From assembly GCF_000195975.1 (NCBI RefSeq), contig NC_005070.1, forward strand, positions 30,001 through 62,000: DNA of 32,000 nt, given 5' to 3'. The DNA is from Parasynechococcus marenigrum WH 8102 (GTDB lineage: Bacteria > Cyanobacteriota > Cyanobacteriia > PCC-6307 > Cyanobiaceae). The notes below the pieces were generated by a model, which saw nothing but the letters and a program-made list of their open reading frames with translations, ran no database searches and was not told where the DNA came from. Below are positions 1-7,348 of this stretch, piece by piece; position 1 is the stretch's first letter, and the number at the start of each line of letters is the position of its first letter. Both the position numbers and the translations under genes were made by a program.

Positions 1-77
1 TTGGCCAGAGCAGACATTCCAATCCCGCCGACGCCGATGAAATGCACGGGGTGCTGGCGTTCAAGCGGACGGGACAA
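1..77 (-). CDS. murC: UDP-N-acetylmuramate--L-alanine ligase MurC, N-terminal fragment (gene continues past the window start)
   Basis: Reverse-strand translation of 1-77 reads (start)SLSRPLERQHPVHFIGVGGIGMSALA. HFIGxGGxGMSALA is the N-terminal nucleotide-binding motif of MurC. An in-frame TGA at 87-89 limits the start to TTG 75-77 or GTG 45-47. Confidence 0.7.
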   Translation of the reverse strand, partial: MSRPLERQHPVHFIGVGGIGMSALA

Positions 78-249
78 GGATCGGCATCAGAGGCTCGAAA
101 GATAAGTCAGTTCAGAGGTTGCGTCCCCTCTGGACTGAGACGGATCGGATCCACTTTGAGGTTGATCCAGAAAAGAAAAAACTCAGATTTTTGGCCAATT
201 TCTGTATGATCGGCGGCCAAATCCCTTACGCGGCAACCCCGCTCCTGTC

Positions 250-1275
250 ATGACCCTGCGCGTTGCGATCAATGGATTCGGCCGAATTGGTCGCAATGTG
301 ATGCGGGGTTGGATCAGCCGTGGTGCTGATACGGGCCTGGAGATCGTGGGTATGAACTCCACGTCCGATCCCAAGACCAGCGCTCACCTGCTGACCTACG
401 ACTCGATCCTTGGCAAGCTCGATCCCAGCGTCAAGATCGAAACCACCGACGACACCATGCTGGTCAACGGCAAGGAGATCAAGTTCTTCGCTGACCGCAA
501 CCCCCTGAACTGCCCTTGGAAGGACTGGGGTGTCGATCTGGTGATCGAATCCACTGGTGTGTTCAACACCGACGAAAAAGCCAGCATGCACCTCGAGGCA
601 GGCGCCAGCAAGGTGATCCTGACTGCCCCTGGCAAAGGTGATGGCGTCGGCACTTTCGTGGTGGGAGTCAATGACGACCAGTACCGCCATGAGGACTGGA
701 ACATCCTCTCCAACGCCAGCTGCACCACCAACTGCCTGGCCCCCATCGTCAAGGTTCTGGATCAGAACTTCGGCCTCGACTGGGGTCTGATGACCACCAT
801 CCACAGCTACACCGGCGACCAGCGGATCCTGGACAACAGCCACCGCGACCTGCGTCGCGCCCGTGCTGCTGCTCTGAACATGGTCCCCACCACCACCGGT
901 GCGGCCAAGGCTGTGGCCCTGGTATACCCCGAGGTGAAGGGCAAGCTCACCGGTTTCGCCATGCGCGTTCCCACCCCCAACGTATCTGCCGTTGACCTCA
1001 CCTTCGGACCGTCCCGTGCCACCAGCGTTGATGAGGTGAAGGCTGTGATCAAGGCCGCTTCTGAGAACGGCATGAAGGGCATCATCAAGTACAGCGACCT
1101 GCCCCTGGTCTCCACCGATTACGCCGGCACCAACGAATCCACAATCTTTGATGCCGACCTCACCTACGCGATGGGCGACAAGGCTGTGAAGATCCTGGCC
1201 TGGTACGACAACGAGTGGGGTTACAGCCAGCGCGTTGTTGATCTGGCTGAAGTGGTGGCCCGCAACTGGAAGTGA
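250..1275 (+). CDS. gap2: Glyceraldehyde-3-phosphate dehydrogenase (cyanobacterial Gap2/GapA type)
   Basis: 341-aa ORF with INGFGRIGR Rossmann motif and [12 protein letters not shown] catalytic-Cys motif. High GC3. Followed by a clean intrinsic terminator. The gap2 subtype assignment rests on similarity and the murC neighbourhood as I remember them. Confidence 0.93.
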   Translation: MTLRVAINGFGRIGRNVMRGWISRGADTGLEIVGMNSTSDPKTSAHLLTYDSILGKLDPSVKIETTDDTMLVNGKEIKFFADRNPLNCPWKDWGVDLVIESTGVFNTDEKASMHLEAGASKVILTAPGKGDGVGTFVVGVNDDQYRHEDWNILSNASCTTNCLAPIVKVLDQNFGLDWGLMTTIHSYTGDQRILDNSHRDLRRARAAALNMVPTTTGAAKAVALVYPEVKGKLTGFAMRVPTPNVSAVDLTFGPSRATSVDEVKAVIKAASENGMKGIIKYSDLPLVSTDYAGTNESTIFDADLTYAMGDKAVKILAWYDNEWGYSQRVVDLAEVVARNWK

Positions 1276-1296
1276 TCCGGTTTCGTTGATCATTCA

Positions 1297-1324
1297 TCCC
1301 TTCCTTCGGGAAGGGATTTTTTTT
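1297..1324 (+). terminator. Rho-independent terminator of gap2
   Basis: Perfect 8-bp stem tcccttcc(1297-1304)/ggaaggga(1309-1316) with ttcg loop, followed by a run of 8 T (1317-1324), 22 nt after the gap2 stop. Confidence 0.85.
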
Positions 1325-1340
1325 GGCCAATGGGCGTCCG

Positions 1341-2327
1341 TCAGCCCTGCGCGAAGTGATTAAAGCCCTCGTCCATTATGGGGGAGTTGTCGTCGCTCCA
1401 GATGACGGATCCTGCGTTGTTGGTGATCCGGCCAAAGCGCTGACAGCCGGGCAAGGCCTGTTCCAAGGCATCGGCCCACGCTGCAGGGAGGCTGAGGATC
1501 AGTTCAAAATCCTCCCCGCCTGCCAGGCACCACCGCTCCCAAGGGTCCCCATCTGGCCACCCGTGAGCTTTCGGTAAGAGTTTTCGGTCGAGACGTGCCC
1601 CTGTGCCACTGCTGCTGCAGAGCCCCCGAACAGCGGTCAGAAGTCCGTCGCTGCTGTCGGTTCCGCCTGCCCGCCAGGGCAGGTGAGCGGGTTTGCATGA
1701 GAGCAGTTGATGGAGGGCATCCAGCCGCGGTCGGGGTCGTTGGTGCTGGCTGATCGCTTGGCTCTGCAATGAGGCGTTGAGGCAAGTGGCTTGAAGCTGC
1801 GGGTCGTTCTGGAGCAGCGCCAGACCCAGGCGGCTGAGGCCATGGGGCCCGCTGCTGACCAGCACGTCCCCAGGTTGGGCGGTACTGCGCAGCAGCTGCA
1901 GCGGGCCGAGACGTCCCAGGGCAGTGACCGACAGCAAGCGGCTTACACCTGACGAGCAGTCCCCCCCCAGCACCGTTCCGCCGTGCTGCTGAAGCGCTGC
2001 ACTGATGCCGTTGTAAACCCCCTCCACCCAACTCCACGGGGTGGTGCCGGGTGCCACCAAGGCCACGGTGATGCCGTCAATGCTCACAGCACCGCTGGCG
2101 GCCAGATCGGACAGGTTGGCGGCGACGGCGCGCCATCCCACATCGTGGGCATCGGTGGTGGCATCACTGAAGTGAATGCCATCCACCAGCACATCGGTGT
2201 TCACCAGCAGCGGACGTGGATCTGCACCGAGGCAGGCGGTGTCGTCATCGAGTTGTCCTGGTGGAGCAAACCGGGCCAGGCGCTTGAGCAGCTCCGCTTC
2301 CCCCAGCTCCGCCAGGGTGGGGGTCAT
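1341..2327 (-). CDS. thiL: Thiamine-monophosphate kinase
   Basis: 328-aa ORF with an AIR-synthase-like fold signature (LLVNTDVLVDGIHF, AVAANLSDLAASGA), typical of ThiL. Confidence 0.85.
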   Translation of the reverse strand: MTPTLAELGEAELLKRLARFAPPGQLDDDTACLGADPRPLLVNTDVLVDGIHFSDATTDAHDVGWRAVAANLSDLAASGAVSIDGITVALVAPGTTPWSWVEGVYNGISAALQQHGGTVLGGDCSSGVSRLLSVTALGRLGPLQLLRSTAQPGDVLVSSGPHGLSRLGLALLQNDPQLQATCLNASLQSQAISQHQRPRPRLDALHQLLSCKPAHLPWRAGGTDSSDGLLTAVRGLCSSSGTGARLDRKLLPKAHGWPDGDPWERWCLAGGEDFELILSLPAAWADALEQALPGCQRFGRITNNAGSVIWSDDNSPIMDEGFNHFAQG

Positions 2328-3433
2328 GCGTGGCTCAACAGCCGGTCGGCGCCGTCGGTCACCGTGATCGAAACGATGGAGTCATCCACCCCAAGCTCCT
2401 GAAGCACGTCAAAACCATTCACCACATAGCCGAAGGCAGCGTTGCGGCCGTCCACCAGGTTCAGACCCGCTGGCGTCAGTTCAGCCTCGTAGAGAAACAT
2501 GAAGAACTGAGAGGAGCCATCATCCAGGGCCTGATCCGAATGGGCCCATCCCAGGGTTCCGAGGGTGGCGAAAGGAAGGGTTGGGGTGGCCTTAAACAGG
2601 CCGACATCCTCAAAGGTTTCGTTGTAAATGGTGTCCTCTTCTTCCGGGACGCGGATCTCAAGCGGTACGTGCCGCTCCTGTTTGGTTTTTGGGTCGATGT
2701 ATCCGAGCTCAGGACCTTCTGGGTCACCGCTTTGTAGCACGTAGAAATCCTCAGCTCGCACGAAGGGAAGTCCGTCGTAAAACCCTTTCTGAGCCAAATC
2801 GACAAAGGCACCGGCGGTGAGTGGGGCGTTGTAGCCATCCACCACGGTGGTCAGATCCCCCTGGCTGGTGCTGATTGTGAGGGTGGCGCGGCCCTGTAGC
2901 CGCGGCAGCGCATCGAATTCAGAGGGGATCTCCCTCTGGAATCCATCCTCCACAAGCAGAGCTTCCACATCACCGATGCGGCTGAGGGTCTGGCGACGAT
3001 CGCGGATGAAGCCAGGCTTGTCGACCTCGTCGATGCGTTCCTCCATGGCTTGCAGACCCTGATCCACCTGTTTCAGAAAGGCCTCGGCACGGTCACGCCT
3101 TGAGGTGGGGACGGCTTCCAGAATGGAATTGCGGCGGGTGCTGAGCAGCGCTTCGCTGCGGGAAACCGTCTTGGCAAGGGCACCCCAGCGTTTCGCACGT
3201 AGATCGTCGCTGGTGAGCTCCAGCCGATGTTGCAGTTCGCGAATGTCGTCCTGTTGGAAGGGCAGGGAATCCCGAAGGATCGCCGCCGGATCCTTCACAG
3301 CATTGCCCTGGGGCAGAGCAGCCCAGGCTGGGGCTGCCAGGTTGATCAGGGCGAAGCCGAGCAAGGCGATCAGAGCGGCCTTGAAACGCGGATGGGCCAA
3401 GGGGGAACCCCAGTGCTGACGGGACTTTGGCAC
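2324..3433 (-). CDS. Cyclophilin-type peptidyl-prolyl cis-trans isomerase with N-terminal signal peptide and helical domain (thylakoid-lumen TLP40-like)
   Basis: 369-aa ORF. N-terminus has a signal peptide ([18 protein letters not shown]). The C-terminal half has cyclophilin motifs ([29 protein letters not shown]). Its stop overlaps the thiL start by 4 nt (ATGA at 2324-2327). Confidence 0.85.
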   Translation of the reverse strand: MPKSRQHWGSPLAHPRFKAALIALLGFALINLAAPAWAALPQGNAVKDPAAILRDSLPFQQDDIRELQHRLELTSDDLRAKRWGALAKTVSRSEALLSTRRNSILEAVPTSRRDRAEAFLKQVDQGLQAMEERIDEVDKPGFIRDRRQTLSRIGDVEALLVEDGFQREIPSEFDALPRLQGRATLTISTSQGDLTTVVDGYNAPLTAGAFVDLAQKGFYDGLPFVRAEDFYVLQSGDPEGPELGYIDPKTKQERHVPLEIRVPEEEDTIYNETFEDVGLFKATPTLPFATLGTLGWAHSDQALDDGSSQFFMFLYEAELTPAGLNLVDGRNAAFGYVVNGFDVLQELGVDDSIVSITVTDGADRLLSHA

Positions 3434-3444
3434 AGCCGTATAGT
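3416..3444 (+). promoter_or_regulatory. Candidate sigma70-type promoter for efp-accB
   Basis: -35-like CTGACG (3416-3421), a 17-nt spacer, then -10 TATAGT (3439-3444), 22 nt upstream of the efp ATG. Pattern match only. Confidence 0.3.
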
Positions 3445-3465
3445 CCGTTGAACCGTTCGGCCGGA

Positions 3466-4029
3466 ATGATCTCCAGCAACGACTTCCGAACCGGCACCAC
3501 GATTGAGATCGATGGTGCCGTCTGGCGTGTGGTGGAGTTCCTTCACGTCAAGCCTGGCAAGGGATCTGCCTTTGTGCGCTCCAAGCTCAAGGCGGTGAAG
3601 ACCGGCAACGTGGTGGAAAAGACCTTCCGTGCGGGGGAGATGCTGCCCCAGGCCTTGTTGGAAAAGGCCTCGCTGCAGCACACTTACATGGAAGGCGAGG
3701 ACTATGTCTTCATGGACATGTCCACCTATGAGGAGACGCGCCTCAGCGCCGATCAGATCGGGGAAAGCCGCAAATACCTCAAGGAGGGAATGGAGGTGAA
3801 TGTGGTGTCCTGGAACGGCAGTCCTCTTGAGGTGGAACTGCCGAATTCCGTGGTGCTCGAGATCACGGAAACCGATCCCGGCGTGAAAGGTGACACCGCC
3901 ACCGGCGGCACCAAGCCGGCCATCCTGGAAACCGGTGCCCAGGTCATGGTGCCCCTGTTCCTGTCCATCGGCGAGAAGATCAAGGTGGATACCCGCAGCG
4001 ACAGCTATCTGGGTCGTGAGAACGGATGA
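3466..4029 (+). CDS. efp: Translation elongation factor P
   Basis: The ORF 3427-4029 contains [17 protein letters not shown]...[14 protein letters not shown]. The canonical EF-P N-terminus begins at the ATG at 3466, giving 187 aa. Confidence 0.93.
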   Translation: MISSNDFRTGTTIEIDGAVWRVVEFLHVKPGKGSAFVRSKLKAVKTGNVVEKTFRAGEMLPQALLEKASLQHTYMEGEDYVFMDMSTYEETRLSADQIGESRKYLKEGMEVNVVSWNGSPLEVELPNSVVLEITETDPGVKGDTATGGTKPAILETGAQVMVPLFLSIGEKIKVDTRSDSYLGRENG

Positions 4030-4499
4030 CCATGCAGCTGGATCACGAACAACTGCACCGCCTTCTCGAGGTACTGGGCGAGAGCGACATTCAGGAGTTT
4101 CGGCTGGAGGGTGATGACTTCCGGCTGGATATCCGTCGCAACCTGCCGGGACAGGCCGTCATGGCTCCGGTGATGCCCGCCCCTGTGGCCGCAGCAGTGG
4201 CACCGGCCGCGGCCGAGCCTGCGTCTCCACCTCCTGCAGCCACAGCCACCCGTAGTGATCTGCTGGAGATCACGGCTCCGATGGTGGGCACCTTCTACCG
4301 CGCACCTGCACCGGGAGAGGCTCCGTTCATTGAAGTCGGCAATCGCATTGAAGTCGGCCAGACGGTGTGCATCCTCGAGGCGATGAAACTGATGAACGAG
4401 CTCGAAGCCGAAGTCAGTGGAGAGGTGGTGGAGATCCTGATGGACAACGGCACACCAGTGGAATTTGGTCAGGTGCTGATGCGCGTGCGGCCGGCCTAG
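4026..4499 (+). CDS. accB: Acetyl-CoA carboxylase biotin carboxyl carrier protein
   Basis: 157 aa with an Ala/Pro-rich linker and the biotinyl-lysine motif [15 protein letters not shown]. Its ATG overlaps the efp stop (ATGA at 4026-4029). Confidence 0.93.
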   Translation: MTMQLDHEQLHRLLEVLGESDIQEFRLEGDDFRLDIRRNLPGQAVMAPVMPAPVAAAVAPAAAEPASPPPAATATRSDLLEITAPMVGTFYRAPAPGEAPFIEVGNRIEVGQTVCILEAMKLMNELEAEVSGEVVEILMDNGTPVEFGQVLMRVRPA

Positions 4500-5518
4500 G
4501 CCGCTGTGAGATCCCAAGCCGCCTGCAGGGCCGCGATCATGCTGTCCGGTCGGGCCAAACCCTGGCCGGCGATGTCGAATCCGGTGCCGTGATCGGGTGA
4601 TGTGCGGAGGAAGGGCAGTTCCAAGGTGGTGTTGACGGCGGCGTCAAACGCCAGCAACTTCACCGGAATCAGGCCCTGATCGTGGTAAAGCGCGAGATAT
4701 CCATCCGGGCCTGAGCCGTCCGGTTGGTTCCAGGCCTGAGCTGCGCTCAACCAACAGGTATCAGGCGGTATGGGGCCATCCAGCCGCACGGAAGGATGCT
4801 CCTGGCGCCAGCGCTTGAGCAGTGGAGACAGCCAGGTGTCCTCCTCCTGTCCGAGTCGACCCGCTTCACCGGCATGGGGGTTCAGACCTGCCACCACCAG
4901 ATGAGGGTCGGGCCGGAACCGCTGGCAGAAGTTCAGCAGCACATTCAATTTGTGCTCCACCAATTCCGGGGTCAGCGCTGCGGTGATCTGGCTGAAGGGA
5001 AGGTGCGTGGTGGTCAGCAACGTGTTGAGTCGCCAGGTCCCATGGGGTGCGACGGCCGTGAACAGCATTGAGGACTGCTGTGAACCGGCGAGTTCAGCCA
5101 GCCGTTCCGTCTGCCCGGGATAGTGATGGCCTGCAGCATGCCAGAGGTGCTTGGCGATCGGTGCGGTGACCAGGGCACGACCGTGCCCATGCTGCACACA
5201 TGCAACGGAGTGGGTCAGCCAGCGGAAGCACGCTGCGGCACCGGCTGTTGTCGGTTGTCCGGGTTGAACGGATACCTCCAGGGGTTGGTCGTCAATGATC
5301 AGCTGATCGGGATCGGCGACAGCTGTGATGCCCTGCTGCAGGAGGCGGGCGTGGGTTGCCATCAGGCTGCGACGGCAGCCGACCAGAACCGGTTGGAGTG
5401 ACGCAGGAAGCCTGCTGCTCGCCAGTGCCTTGAGCGTGACCTCCATGCCGATGCCCGCTGGATCGCCAAGGGCGATCAGCAGCTGCTGGCTAGCGTTGTG
5501 GTCCAACGGTGATGGCAT
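4496..5518 (-). CDS. pdxA: 4-hydroxythreonine-4-phosphate dehydrogenase
   Basis: 340 aa with PdxA motifs LGDPAGIG, GLNPHAGE and TSPDHGT. Confidence 0.9.
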   Translation of the reverse strand: MPSPLDHNASQQLLIALGDPAGIGMEVTLKALASSRLPASLQPVLVGCRRSLMATHARLLQQGITAVADPDQLIIDDQPLEVSVQPGQPTTAGAAACFRWLTHSVACVQHGHGRALVTAPIAKHLWHAAGHHYPGQTERLAELAGSQQSSMLFTAVAPHGTWRLNTLLTTTHLPFSQITAALTPELVEHKLNVLLNFCQRFRPDPHLVVAGLNPHAGEAGRLGQEEDTWLSPLLKRWRQEHPSVRLDGPIPPDTCWLSAAQAWNQPDGSGPDGYLALYHDQGLIPVKLLAFDAAVNTTLELPFLRTSPDHGTGFDIAGQGLARPDSMIAALQAAWDLTAA

Positions 5519-5700
5519 GGTCTGTGCTGAGACTGTTGCTCCTGGGCTTGATGTTGGTGGGCCTGGCCACCGGATTGCATCAGCAATGGTTGGTGGTTGA
5601 CTGGCTCAAGCTCACAGACGACCTGGGCCTTCCAGCACCTGAAGACCTGGAGCCGATTGATTTCAACCGCTTGATCATCGGCGATCAGGAGCAGGACTGA
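5512..5700 (+). CDS. Hypothetical small membrane protein (one N-terminal TM helix, acidic tail)
   Basis: Track ORF 5509-5700 (GTG), with an ATG at 5512. Sequence MAWSVLRLLLLGLMLVGLATGL has a hydrophobic helix. I count GC3 at about 75-80%, similar to neighbouring real genes. No gene lies on the opposite strand except at the overlapping ends. No homolog recognised. Confidence 0.4.
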   Translation: MAWSVLRLLLLGLMLVGLATGLHQQWLVVDWLKLTDDLGLPAPEDLEPIDFNRLIIGDQEQD

Positions 5701-6590
5701 GATTCCTGTCGCAGGCAATCCTGCAGGCCGGCTTTGAAATCCGGATGGAGCAGGGCATAGCCAAGCTGTTGGCACAGCAGGGTGTTGCGAACCCGGCGGT
5801 TCTCACTCCAGAACGACCGTGCCATGGCGGACATCGAATGGCTGGCCAGTTCGAACGGTTCCTCGTCGGGAAGCTTGCAGTTCAGCAGGGCTGCGCCGTA
5901 CTGCAGGAGATCCTGAGGCGCTGCAGGGCGGTCATCGCTGACATTGACGATGGCTGGCCCGGGTCCTGCTGCGGCCTGATGCATCAGATGCAGGCAGGCG
6001 CCGGCGATGTCATCCACATGGATGCGGCAGAACACCTGATCGGCCTTCAGAATCCGCCGTGCCGTTCCGGTCCGAAGACTGTCGAGCACCGAGCGGCCGG
6101 GTCCGTAAATGCCGGGAAGTCTCAGGATCTGCACCGGGAGGCCGGAGTCCAGCCAGGCCTGTTCACAGGCATGGCGCCGCTGACTGCGCGGCTGGCCTGG
6201 ATTAGCGGGATCGTCCTCCGACACCCAGCGCCCCTGCTGATCCCCGTAGACGCCGGTGGTGGAGAGATAGCCAACCCAGGTGAGTGATCGCTCTTTCAGC
6301 TGCGACCCGAGGTGGGTGAGCACCGGGTCGTGGCCCTCGGTTGTCGGGGGAATGGTGGAGAGCACGTGGGTAATGCCGTCCAGATCTCTCGACGTTGGGA
6401 TCAGCCCGGCTGTGCTGTCGAAGACGAGATCAGCTTCCGGAGAGCTCAGGCTGCGGCGACTGCAGCGCACGGTGGTGCCGAGGGCCCTGAGTAGCCGTGT
6501 TAGGTGACCACCGCTGTAGCCGCCACCGAGCACCAGCACCCGTGCATCCCGGGCGAGTGGTTGGGATCGGTTGACAAGATCGGACAGCAT
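5685..6590 (-). CDS. NAD(P)-binding SDR / epimerase-dehydratase family protein
   Basis: 301 aa. N-terminal Rossmann motif VLVLGGGYSGGHL. Overall pattern resembles atypical SDR/NAD-dependent epimerases. Substrate unknown. Confidence 0.7.
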   Translation of the reverse strand: MLSDLVNRSQPLARDARVLVLGGGYSGGHLTRLLRALGTTVRCSRRSLSSPEADLVFDSTAGLIPTSRDLDGITHVLSTIPPTTEGHDPVLTHLGSQLKERSLTWVGYLSTTGVYGDQQGRWVSEDDPANPGQPRSQRRHACEQAWLDSGLPVQILRLPGIYGPGRSVLDSLRTGTARRILKADQVFCRIHVDDIAGACLHLMHQAAAGPGPAIVNVSDDRPAAPQDLLQYGAALLNCKLPDEEPFELASHSMSAMARSFWSENRRVRNTLLCQQLGYALLHPDFKAGLQDCLRQESQSCS

Positions 6591-6622
6591 CAGTACACCT
6601 GTATCAGTTCACCGCTGCCGTC

Positions 6623-6796
6623 ATGACTGCAAGTTGTCTGCCGACCGCACCCGCTCAACGACGCGTGATTGCAACACGGGTCATTGTCGCTCTGGCTGTT
6701 CTGGTCGGAGCGATGACCTTGGCGCCTGAGGATCCTCGTTCTCAGGCGTCCATTTGCCAGCGCCACCACTCCGCTGAAGCTTGTCGCGTCTGGTGA
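6623..6796 (+). CDS. Hypothetical 57-aa protein with N-terminal hydrophobic segment and C-terminal Cys pair (not in ORF track, below size cutoff)
   Basis: Hand translation from ATG 6623: MTASCLPTAPAQRRVIATRVIVALAVLVGAMTLAPEDPRSQASICQRHHSAEACRVW, stop 6794-6796. It fills the gap between the SDR gene and the HNH gene. GC3 is only moderate. Confidence 0.35.
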   Translation: MTASCLPTAPAQRRVIATRVIVALAVLVGAMTLAPEDPRSQASICQRHHSAEACRVW

Positions 6797-6799
6797 ACC

Positions 6800-7201
6800 T
6801 TAGGCCGGTTGAAAGCTCAATTCCATGCCGCCATCCGGCTTGGGCAAGGAAGCGTCCTGAGGGTGCGCCCACTGCAGCAATCGCAGGGCGAGGCGCAGGT
6901 CACCATCCATCCAGGCCCGAATGGCCATGGCACGTCTGGGGTCATAAAAGCGCTGTCGGCGGTACCAGTCGAAAACATCGGCATCGGATTTATGACCGTT
7001 GCAGGACAGGCAAGCCGGGACGCAATTTTCGGTGACGCTCAAGCCACCGCGGGCACGGGGAAGAATGTGATCAATGGATTCCGAAGGTTTACCGCAATAA
7101 ATACAACTTTTGCCGGTGTAAATGTGAAGTGATTGTCTCCAGCGTCGGACGCGCAATTTGGGACAGAGTTCATCAAGAAAAACTGCATCCCGGTTATGCA
7201 T
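6800..7201 (-). CDS. HNH endonuclease family protein
   Basis: 133 aa. CIYCGKPSESIDHILPRARGGLSVTENCVPACLSCNGHK carries the CxxC...CxxC zinc knuckle and the H-N-H catalytic residues. The N-terminal half uses visibly more A/T-ending codons than its neighbours. Confidence 0.85.
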   Translation of the reverse strand: MHNRDAVFLDELCPKLRVRRWRQSLHIYTGKSCIYCGKPSESIDHILPRARGGLSVTENCVPACLSCNGHKSDADVFDWYRRQRFYDPRRAMAIRAWMDGDLRLALRLLQWAHPQDASLPKPDGGMELSFQPA

Positions 7202-7348
7202 CCGAATATTTTCGGTTGAGTAAAGTTTGCCTCGGAAGTCCCGGCCGTCAATGTGTCGACGGCTGCATTTTGGGCGATCTTTGGCCGAAGAGTTGAAGAT
7301 GTTTGCGAGCCCTTGTTTTCCACCTTAGCCAAACTAAAGTGATGGTTT

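Noticed and set aside
78-249. The 172-nt murC/gap2 divergent intergenic region was considered as a possible sRNA or riboswitch. It has a small hairpin, cagagg(113-118)/cctctg(127-132), a GGATCGGATCC palindrome at 143-153, and a TATGAT at 205-210.
   Set aside because: The structures are short and weak, there is no terminator inside the region, and the elements are adequately explained as two divergent promoters and 5' UTRs. I could not support a specific call.
226-1293. A 355-aa ORF antisense to gap2. Similar very long antisense or alternative-frame ORFs occur elsewhere, for example 19289-20545 opposite sqdB, 28900-29925 opposite clpX, 24300-25421 and 23214-24143 opposite the SpoIID-like gene, 11677-12444 opposite the aminotransferase, and 26611-27488 within dnaX.
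   Set aside because: Each lies exactly opposite, or out of frame within, a gene with unmistakable conserved motifs. Their translations are low-complexity (G/A/R/P/H-rich) with no recognisable domains. Long stop-free antisense frames are an expected artefact of high-GC3 coding DNA.
188-1332. The 12-mer tttttggccaat occurs both upstream (188-199) and just downstream (1320-1331) of gap2, suggesting flanking direct repeats.
   Set aside because: A 12-nt match is expected many times by chance among all position pairs in 32 kb. The downstream copy is simply the terminator T-run followed by a TTGGCCAA palindrome, and there are no other signs of mobility.
4487-4504. accB and pdxA share overlapping stop codons (CTAG at 4496-4499) in the loop of a 6-bp GC stem, gcggcc/ggccgc. 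A similar terminator-less convergent junction separates mrdA and sqdX, with a 3-nt gap at 18106-18108.
   Set aside because: The observations are real, but tight convergent junctions are common in compact picocyanobacterial genomes. The stem is short and there is nothing to suggest a specific system.
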